64,000 nucleotides of DNA. Origin: Longimicrobiales bacterium (lineage in GTDB: Bacteria > Gemmatimonadota > Gemmatimonadetes > Longimicrobiales > Gaopeijiaceae). Under the pieces are notes generated by a model. It did no database searches, was not told the origin of the DNA, and was given only the letters and a program-made list of their open reading frames with translations. This document shows positions 57,158-64,000 of this stretch, in pieces; positions within the stretch are counted from its first letter, which is position 1, and each line of letters opens with the position of its first letter. Position numbers and translations under genes: made by a program. Location of the stretch: contig CBDAON010000004.1 of NCBI GenBank assembly GCA_965198065.1, positions 2,464,001-2,528,000 of the forward strand, read 5' to 3'.

Positions 57158-58189
57158 ATGTCTGGCGACGGAACGTTGATCGAGCGGCTGAGGCGCCTCG
57201 AGACCGAGGCCCTCCAGGCCGTCGAGTCAGCCGATGGTCCGGCCTCCGTCGAGCGGGTTCGGGTCGAGTACCTGGGGCGAAAGGACGGCCGGATCTCGGC
57301 GATCCTGAAGGAACTCGGAAGGCTTCCCGCAGAGGAGCGACCGGCAGTCGGGGCCGAGGCGAACCGGGTGAAGGAGCGCCTCGAGGAAGCCCTTGAGGCG
57401 CGCGAGAGGGACGTGTCGATCGGTGCGGCCCCGGCCACCGTCGAAGAGGATCTGACGCTCCCGGGCCGCGAGCGATGGATCGGAGCCCGCCATCCGGTCA
57501 CTCAGGTGATCGACGACATCGTCGCGATCTTCCGGGGGCTTGGCTTCACGCTTGCCCGCGGGCCGGAGGCCGAGACGGAGTGGTACAACTTCGAGGCGCT
57601 GAACACTCCCCTCGATCACCCCGCCGCCGACGAGCAGGACACGCTCTACCTCACGGGCGGGCATCTCCTCCGCAGCCACACGTCTCCGGTCCAGGTACGG
57701 GTCATGGAGCGGTATCGCCCGCCCATCCGCATCCTTGCCCCCGGATGGGTCTACCGGCGGGACGCGTACGACGCGACCCACACGCCCGCGTTCGCACAGC
57801 TCGAGGGACTCGTGGTGGACGAGGGGATCAGCTTCGTCGATCTCACGGCGACCCTCGGAGAGTTCGCGCGCCGGTCGTGGGGGCCGGGGACACGGGTGCG
57901 CTTCCGTCCCTCGTTCTTCCCGTTCACGGAGCCGTCCGCCGAGGTGGACGTGAAGCGGACCTTCGTGGACGCGGACGGCCAGGAACGCGAGACGGACTGG
58001 ATCGAGATCATGGGCGCGGGAATGGTGGATCCGGCCGTCTTCGAGGCGTGCGGGATCGACCCGGAGCGCTATACGGGGTTCGCGTTCGGGATGGGCCCCG
58101 GCCGGATCGCGCTCCTCAAGCACGGGATCCCCGACCTCCGCCTTTTCTTCGAAAACGACGTGCGCTTCCTCGGCCAGTTCGCCCGATGA
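57158..58189 (+). CDS. pheS: Phenylalanine--tRNA ligase alpha subunit
   Basis: NFEALN..HPA, LRSHTSPVQ, FRPSFFPFTEPS, GFAFGMG. Confidence 0.97.
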   Translation: MSGDGTLIERLRRLETEALQAVESADGPASVERVRVEYLGRKDGRISAILKELGRLPAEERPAVGAEANRVKERLEEALEARERDVSIGAAPATVEEDLTLPGRERWIGARHPVTQVIDDIVAIFRGLGFTLARGPEAETEWYNFEALNTPLDHPAADEQDTLYLTGGHLLRSHTSPVQVRVMERYRPPIRILAPGWVYRRDAYDATHTPAFAQLEGLVVDEGISFVDLTATLGEFARRSWGPGTRVRFRPSFFPFTEPSAEVDVKRTFVDADGQERETDWIEIMGAGMVDPAVFEACGIDPERYTGFAFGMGPGRIALLKHGIPDLRLFFENDVRFLGQFAR

Positions 58190-60630
58190 AAGTCTCCTAT
58201 AGCTGGCTCCAGGAAGTGGCGCCCGATCTCCAGGCGCCGCTGGAGGAGCTCGTCGAGCGGGCCGCGATGCTGGGCTTTCCGGTTGAGGAGCTCCGCTCGC
58301 TCTCCGAGGGGCTGCAGGACGTTGTTGTCGCGAACGTGCTCTCGGTTCGTCCGCACCCGAGTGCCGACCGGCTCCGGTTGTGCCGGGTGGACGGTGGGGC
58401 GGGGGAGGTCCAGGTGGTCTGCGGCGCCCCGAACGTGGACGCGGGCGGATGGTACCCGTTCGCGCCCGTGGGTGCCTCGCTCCCGGGAGGCACCCGGATC
58501 GGGAAGGCGAAGCTCAGGGGCGAGGTGTCCGAGGGCATGCTGTGCTCCGAGCGGGAGCTGGGCCTCGGGCCCGGGAAGGACGGACTCATGGTGCTCCCGG
58601 GGCCTCTCCGCCCGGGTGCATCCCTGGTGGAGTCGATCGGGCTGGACGACTTCCGCCTGGACGTCGAGGTCACGGCGAATCGCGGGGACCTCTTATCCCA
58701 CGAGGGAATCGCCCGGGAGCTTGGGCCGGGCGGACACGTGAGCCTCCGGCTCCCGCCCGTCCCGGGCGAGGACGGGGCAGCGCTGGGTGTGCTCGAGGCC
58801 CTCCGGCTGGCGACGGATCCGCAGGAGGCAGCCGGCGGTGGAGTCGCGGTCCGGATCGACGCGCCGGCGCTCTGCGCCCGTTATCTGGGCCTGGTCGTGC
58901 GCGGAATTCGGGTCGGTCCGTCTCCCCCCTGGCTCCAATCCCGGATCCGGGCCGTGGGCGCGAAACCCATCAACAACGTCGTGGACGCGACGAACTACGC
59001 GCTCCTCGAGCTGGGGCAGCCCCTCCACGCGTTCGACCTGGCCAAGGTGGGAGGGGGGCGCATCGTTGTCCGGACCGCCCGGGCCGGCGAGACGATCCGC
59101 ACGCTGGACGGGGTGGAGCGTGCCCTCGCTCCCGACATGCTCGCGATCTGCGACGTGGAGCGACCCGTTGCGGTCGCCGGGGTAATGGGCGGGGCCGACT
59201 CCGAGGTGACCGAGGACACCGTGGACGTGCTCCTCGAGTGCGCGCTCTTCCAGCCGACCTCGATCCGCTCGACCAGAAAGGCGCTCGGGCTCTCGACGGA
59301 CGCGTCGTATCGCTTCGAGCGCGGGGTGGACCCGGAGGGGATGGTACGGGCCCTCCTGCGTGCCGCGAGGGTCATCTTGGCGACCGCGGGAGGGAGCGTG
59401 GAGGGCCCGATCGCCGACTGCGCCCCGCGGTCGTTCGCGAGATCGAGGGTGACGCTTCGCGCCGAGCGGGTCGAGCGGGTCCTGGGTATGCGTTTCGAGC
59501 CCGAGACACTCACCAGCCTCCTCACCCACTTGGGGTTCGCGGTGACGAATAGCGGCGATGCGGGAGGCTCGGCCCTCGAGGTCGGCATACCCGGGTTCCG
59601 GAGCTATGATGTGACCCGGGAGGTGGACCTGATCGAGGAGGTGGCGCGCCTCCACGGGTACGATCGGTTCCCCGACGAGCCCCGGCCCTTCCGGACGGGA
59701 ACGGTGCCCGACCATCCGCTCTTTTGCCTGGAGGATGAGCTTCGGGACGAGCTCACGGGGTGGGGGTTCTTCGAGGCGCAGACGCCCGCGTTCGCGCCGG
59801 AGGGGGAGGTGGAGATCCTGAACCCCGTCTCGGCCGACGAGCGCTTCCTGCGCGCCACGCTCCTTCCGGGGCTCGCGCGCGGGATCGAGCACAACGCGGC
59901 CCGGGGGAACCGGGACGTCCGGCTCTTCGAGCTGGGAACCGCCTTCCGGCGAGGAGAGCCCGGAGCGCCCCCGTCCGAGTCCACCCATCTGGCCTTGCTC
60001 ATGCACGGGCGGCGAGCGGCGCAGCACTGGAGCGGTGAGGCCACGCCCCTGGACCTCTGGGACCTGAAGGGGATCCTCGGCCGAGTGGTGGGGCGGCTGT
60101 CCGGGGACGGTTGGGTCCTGTCGGCGGATCGGCCCACCGGAGAGACGGGTGGGGGGCTTCCCGACTGCGCGACCTACTTCGTCTACGACGGATCCGGCGC
60201 GCTGGTGGGCGCCGGGGGACAGATGGCTTCCGATCGGCTCGACCTGCCCCCCTGGGCGGGGGAGGTCTGGGCGGCCGAGGTAACGCTTCCCGCGGAGCCC
60301 AAGGCGAGGCCCGTCGTGGCCCACCAGCCCGTCCCTGCGTACCCGGGAGTGGAGCGGGACCTGGCCGTCCTGGTCCCCACCGGCGTCAGGGTCGATGCAG
60401 TCCTGGGTGTGGCCAGGGCGCGCGGAGGGGAGCACCTGGCCGAGCTCGCCGTGTTCGACGTGTACCGCAACGAGAGCATGCCGCCGGGGGACCGCTCGGT
60501 GGCCGTCCGGCTCCGGTTCCGGGCCGCCGATCGGACGCTGAGGGACGATGAGGTGGACGAGGCCGTGCGATCCGTGGTCCGGGCGCTTGAGGAGGATCTA
60601 CGTGTCAGAGTCCGAGGCCAGACCGGCTGA
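58186..60630 (+). CDS. pheT: Phenylalanine--tRNA ligase beta subunit
   Basis: MKVSYSWL, VCGAPN, SEGMLCS, TANRGD, RFERGVD, DLIEEVAR, RDLAV. Confidence 0.97.
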   Translation: MKVSYSWLQEVAPDLQAPLEELVERAAMLGFPVEELRSLSEGLQDVVVANVLSVRPHPSADRLRLCRVDGGAGEVQVVCGAPNVDAGGWYPFAPVGASLPGGTRIGKAKLRGEVSEGMLCSERELGLGPGKDGLMVLPGPLRPGASLVESIGLDDFRLDVEVTANRGDLLSHEGIARELGPGGHVSLRLPPVPGEDGAALGVLEALRLATDPQEAAGGGVAVRIDAPALCARYLGLVVRGIRVGPSPPWLQSRIRAVGAKPINNVVDATNYALLELGQPLHAFDLAKVGGGRIVVRTARAGETIRTLDGVERALAPDMLAICDVERPVAVAGVMGGADSEVTEDTVDVLLECALFQPTSIRSTRKALGLSTDASYRFERGVDPEGMVRALLRAARVILATAGGSVEGPIADCAPRSFARSRVTLRAERVERVLGMRFEPETLTSLLTHLGFAVTNSGDAGGSALEVGIPGFRSYDVTREVDLIEEVARLHGYDRFPDEPRPFRTGTVPDHPLFCLEDELRDELTGWGFFEAQTPAFAPEGEVEILNPVSADERFLRATLLPGLARGIEHNAARGNRDVRLFELGTAFRRGEPGAPPSESTHLALLMHGRRAAQHWSGEATPLDLWDLKGILGRVVGRLSGDGWVLSADRPTGETGGGLPDCATYFVYDGSGALVGAGGQMASDRLDLPPWAGEVWAAEVTLPAEPKARPVVAHQPVPAYPGVERDLAVLVPTGVRVDAVLGVARARGGEHLAELAVFDVYRNESMPPGDRSVAVRLRFRAADRTLRDDEVDEAVRSVVRALEEDLRVRVRGQTG

Positions 60631-60919
60631 AGTGACCGAGCGCGAGTCGCTCACCCGCCTCGAGGCCGCCGTGGGCCGGTTGGTCGACCGCTGTCACGAG
60701 GCCGGCGCCCGCGCCCTCAAGGCCGAAGCGCGGGTCCGGGACCTCGAGGTCCTGCTTAAGCGTTTCACGAAAGGAGAAGTCGATCCGGCCGCCCTCCAGG
60801 CGCGCATCTCGAGCCTCGAGGAGGATGAAGCGGAGCTCCGGAGGCGGCTGATGGAGGGCCGCACCGGGGTCGAGCGCCTCCTGTCCCAGATTCGGTTTCT
60901 GGACGAGAGGGCCCCATGA
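60602..60919 (+). CDS. Coiled-coil protein, ZapB-like
   Basis: LTRLEAAVGRLV...ISSLEEDEAELRRRL..VERLLSQI; lies between pheT and zapA. Confidence 0.65.
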   Translation: MSESEARPAEVTERESLTRLEAAVGRLVDRCHEAGARALKAEARVRDLEVLLKRFTKGEVDPAALQARISSLEEDEAELRRRLMEGRTGVERLLSQIRFLDERAP

Positions 60920-61221
60920 GCGAGCGTCCCAATAAGAGTGTCACGGTCCGGATCGCGGGCGAGGAGCACGTTCTCCGGTCCTCGGCGGAGCCGGAGTACA
61001 CCGCGCGGTGCGCGGGCTTCCTTGACGAGCGTATTCGGGAGGTTCGAGCGCACGGGGGCCCCGCCGACGCGCACCGGGCCGTCATCCTGGCCGCCCTCTC
61101 CATCACCGATCGCTACCTCCAGGCGCAGGAGGAGCTGGACCGCCTCCGGGCGGAGGTGCAGTCCCGCTCCCAGAGGCTCGTGGCGCGCATCGAGGCCGAG
61201 CTCGGGAAGCCAGCGCGCTGA
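60916..61221 (+). CDS. zapA: Cell division protein ZapA
   Basis: SVTVRIAGEE..LRS, AVILAALSITD, C-terminal coiled coil. Confidence 0.9.
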   Translation: MSERPNKSVTVRIAGEEHVLRSSAEPEYTARCAGFLDERIREVRAHGGPADAHRAVILAALSITDRYLQAQEELDRLRAEVQSRSQRLVARIEAELGKPAR

Positions 61222-61365
61222 GGGGCCCCAAGGCCCGCTCTTGCGGCCTTTTGTGGGCGGTTCCTATTGTAACCGGCGATTGAACGCGGGACGGCCCCAG
61301 ACGCTCCGGGGTCGGCTCCTTGGCCTTCCTCCGGGCGCTTTCGTGCCCGATCTCGGAGTGAATAC

Positions 61366-62943
61366 ATGGATTCCCCGCAGGCCATCGGGCTGGCTGCGGC
61401 CCTGCTCGTCGTCGTCGGTGTGTTCGCGGGCTTCCTTTTCGGGAGAAGTCGTGAGCGTGCCCGACAAAGGGTCGAGCGGGAGCATGCGCGCGACGAGGCG
61501 TCTCGCCTGCTCGAGCGGGCACGCGAGGAATCGGGGACGCTGAGAAAGGAGGCCGAGCTCAGGGGCCGGGAGGAGGCCTTGGGGCTCCGGGAAGAGTGGG
61601 AGCGAGAGGAGGCCCGGCGAAGGGGAGAGCTGGAGCGAACGGAGCTGAAGGTGGGCGAGCGCTCCGAGACCCTCGACAAGAAGTTCGACGTGCTGGACCA
61701 ACGCGACGCCCAGCAGGAGTCGACGGCCGCGGAGCTACGGGCGCTGGGTGAGAGGCTCGAGATCCGGGATCGGGAAACCCGGGAGACGTTCGAGCAGGCG
61801 AGGCGCAAGCTCGAGGGCCTGGCAGGGCTGTCGGTTCAGGAGGCGAGGGACCAGCTGGTGGCGGAGCTCCAGGACGAGGCTCGAGCCGAGGCGGCCCAGC
61901 TGGTGCGGGAGGTGCGGGAGGAGGCGCAGAGGACCGCTCAGCGGGAGGCGAAACAGGTCATCGTGCTGGCCATCCAGCGGATGGCGGCGGAAGAGACGGC
62001 CCAGGCCACCGTGTCCGTGGTCCAGCTCCCCTCCGACGACATGAAGGGCCGGATCATCGGGCGCGAAGGGCGAAACATCCGGGCCTTCGAGCAGGCGACC
62101 GGAATCGACGTCATCATCGACGACACGCCCGAGGCGGTGGTCCTTTCGGGATTCGACCCGGTCCGGCGCGAAGTGGCCCGCATCGCCCTCGAGAAGCTCA
62201 TCGAGGACGGCCGCATCCATCCCGGCCGGATCGAGGAGGTCGTGGACAAGAGCCGAACCGAGGTCGAGGCCGGGATGATCGAGGCGGCCGAGCAGGCGCT
62301 CTACGACCTGGGCATCCGTCAGCTTCCTCCCGAGATCGTTAAGGTCCTGGGGCGCCTCAAGTTCCGAACGTCATACGGTCAGAATCAACTCCGTCACTCG
62401 AAGGAAGTGGCGCAGCTGGCTGGATCCATGGCCGCCGAGTTCGGCCTCGACGCCCAGGTGGCGAAGCGGGCCGGTCTCCTGCACGACATCGGGAAGGGGC
62501 TGACCCACGACCAAGAGGGGACGCACGTGGAGTTGGGGTACGAGCTCTGCAAGCGGCACACCGAGCCCCCCATCGTTCTGAATGCCATCCGCGCCCACCA
62601 CGACGAGGAGCCGCACGCGTCGCCGGAGGCGTTCCTCGTCACGGCGGCGGACGCGATCTCGGGGTCTCGCCCGGGAGCCCGGCGGGAAATGTTCGAGACG
62701 TACGTGAAGCGGCTGGAGAAGCTCGAGAAGATCGCGATGGACTTCCCCGGGGTCGAGCGATGCTTCGCGATCCAGGCCGGGCGCGAGGTAAGAGTGATGG
62801 TCGAGCCCGAGAAGGTTTCGGACGACGAGATGGCGCAGATCTCCGAGAAGGTCGCCAAGCGCTTCGAGGACGAGCTCCAGTACCCGGGACAGATCAAGGT
62901 CGTGGTGATCCGCGAGACCCGCGCCGTGGACTTTGCCCGGTGA
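61366..62943 (+). CDS. rny: Ribonuclease Y
   Basis: N-terminal TM, coiled coil, KH motif KGRIIGREGRNI, HD motif LLHDIGK, DAISGSRPGAR. Confidence 0.97.
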   Translation: MDSPQAIGLAAALLVVVGVFAGFLFGRSRERARQRVEREHARDEASRLLERAREESGTLRKEAELRGREEALGLREEWEREEARRRGELERTELKVGERSETLDKKFDVLDQRDAQQESTAAELRALGERLEIRDRETRETFEQARRKLEGLAGLSVQEARDQLVAELQDEARAEAAQLVREVREEAQRTAQREAKQVIVLAIQRMAAEETAQATVSVVQLPSDDMKGRIIGREGRNIRAFEQATGIDVIIDDTPEAVVLSGFDPVRREVARIALEKLIEDGRIHPGRIEEVVDKSRTEVEAGMIEAAEQALYDLGIRQLPPEIVKVLGRLKFRTSYGQNQLRHSKEVAQLAGSMAAEFGLDAQVAKRAGLLHDIGKGLTHDQEGTHVELGYELCKRHTEPPIVLNAIRAHHDEEPHASPEAFLVTAADAISGSRPGARREMFETYVKRLEKLEKIAMDFPGVERCFAIQAGREVRVMVEPEKVSDDEMAQISEKVAKRFEDELQYPGQIKVVVIRETRAVDFAR

Positions 62944-62998
62944 GCCCGGTGGCGCCCCCGAGGCGGCGCTTCCCCACGGTCGCACCGAAGGGGTAGGC

Positions 62999-63892
62999 AT
63001 GGCGGCAGAGCTCATCTCCGGAACCGACGTGGCCCGCGCGATCCGGGAGGAGGTAGCCGGGCGCGTGGCGGGCTTGGCGGCCGAGGGGCAGGTTCCGGGG
63101 CTCGCGACGATTCTCGTGGGGGACGACCCGGCCGGCCAGTCCTATGTGCGGGCGAAGAACCGGGCGGCGAAGGAGGTGGGCATCCGCTCCCGGCATATCG
63201 ACCTCCCGGCTTCCACGCCACACGAAGAGCTCCTGGGCTGGGTCGAGGGGCTGAACGCGGACCCGGACATCCACGGGATCCTCGTTCAACTGCCTCTTTC
63301 CGCGCAGATCCGAACCTGGGAGATCCTCGAGGCCATTCATCCGTCCAAGGACGTGGACGGCTTCCATCCCGTGAACGTAGGTCGTTTGAGCGCGGGCGAT
63401 TCCCGGGTGCTCGCGCCGTGCACCCCGCTCGGGATCCTCGAGCTCCTCTTTCGGAGCGGGAACGATCCAGCAGGAAAGCACGTCGTGGTCGTCGGGCGCT
63501 CGAGCCTGGTCGGAAAACCCACGGCCGCCCTCCTGCTCCGGCGGGGCCCGGGCGGCGACGCCACAGTGACGGTGGCCCACTCGCGAACGCCGGATCTGGC
63601 GGCGGTGACGCGCCTGGGGGAGATCCTCATCGTGGCCGCGGGGAGGGCGGGGGTCGTCACCCGCGACATGGTTCGCCCCGGGGCCGTCGTGATCGATGTG
63701 GGGGTGAACCGGGTGGAGGATCCGACGGTGGAGAAGGGATACCGTCTCGTCGGGGACGTGGACTTCGAGGCCGTACGGGAGGTGGCCTCGGCCATCACCC
63801 CGGTCCCGGGAGGAGTGGGACCCATGACGATCGCGATGCTCCTCTCGAATACGGTCGAGGCCGCGGCCCGCTCGCGGGCGGACGTGGCGTGA
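62999..63892 (+). CDS. folD: Methylenetetrahydrofolate dehydrogenase/cyclohydrolase
   Basis: GILVQLPL, KDVDGFHP, PCTP, GRSSLVGKP, TPVPGGVGPMT. Confidence 0.97.
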   Translation: MAAELISGTDVARAIREEVAGRVAGLAAEGQVPGLATILVGDDPAGQSYVRAKNRAAKEVGIRSRHIDLPASTPHEELLGWVEGLNADPDIHGILVQLPLSAQIRTWEILEAIHPSKDVDGFHPVNVGRLSAGDSRVLAPCTPLGILELLFRSGNDPAGKHVVVVGRSSLVGKPTAALLLRRGPGGDATVTVAHSRTPDLAAVTRLGEILIVAAGRAGVVTRDMVRPGAVVIDVGVNRVEDPTVEKGYRLVGDVDFEAVREVASAITPVPGGVGPMTIAMLLSNTVEAAARSRADVA

Positions 63893-64000
63893 CGATGCCT
63901 GGCGGAGCCGACTGGTCCGGCGTGAGGGGAGAGGCGGACGTGAGTGCCTCCGGGTCCCGGGTCTTGAGCGTCTCCCAGGTGAACCGGGCGGTCCGTCGGC
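63889..64000 (+). CDS. xseA: Probable exodeoxyribonuclease VII large subunit, 5' fragment
   Basis: Open frame ending RVLSVSQVNRAVRR at the window edge, resembling the XseA N-terminus; start 63889 or 63940. Confidence 0.55.
   Translation, partial: MTMPGGADWSGVRGEADVSASGSRVLSVSQVNRAVRR

Noticed and set aside
61222..61365. 6S RNA after zapA
   Set aside because: The position is suggestive, but the gap is only 144 nt, contains a promoter-like TTGCGG..TATTGT for rny, and shows no long rod-like self-complementarity.
1..64000. Many long antisense or overlapping ORFs (e.g. 1537-2811, 30329-32095, 44123-45997, 53595-55706, 58693-60435)
   Set aside because: Shadow frames of high-GC genes; no motifs, and each overlaps a well-supported gene.
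1..64000. CRISPR arrays, tRNA/rRNA, IS elements, integrases, prophage
   Set aside because: No regularly spaced repeats, cloverleafs, transposase or integrase motifs, or compositional shift seen by eye.

Overview
A very GC-rich bacterial chromosomal window. Gene content and the thrS-infC-rpmI-rplT-pheST-zapA-rny-folD-xseA synteny suggest Gemmatimonadota (inference, not searched). I found no rRNA, tRNA, CRISPR array or mobile element. From left to right it holds: a probably Fur-regulated imelysin/di-haem oxidoreductase iron cluster; a thrABC operon with an unannotated Thr-rich leader-peptide attenuator; two pilin-like membrane proteins lacking prepilin motifs next to a rhomboid protease; ArfB-like, REC-PAS and AI-2E genes; a TetR-TolC-MFP-RND efflux operon; coproheme decarboxylase; glutaminyl cyclase with a Yej/Opp-like peptide ABC importer; a matrixin-like protein that has lost its zinc ligands; an internally deleted transglutaminase remnant; and an ABC-2 exporter. 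A ~13 kb molybdenum island follows (mocA, moeA-like, split xdhC, moaA, DUF5916 outer-membrane protein, moaD-moaE fusion). It serves a Tat-exported PaoABC-like molybdo-flavoenzyme with an extra di-haem cytochrome b subunit, the best candidate for an undescribed system. The window ends in a translation/cell-division block with a putative tRNA-Thr-mimic hairpin before thrS and an L20-leader-like RNA plus AUA start for infC. Frameshifts cluster at 3.3-4.8 kb and ~9.7 kb and may be assembly errors.
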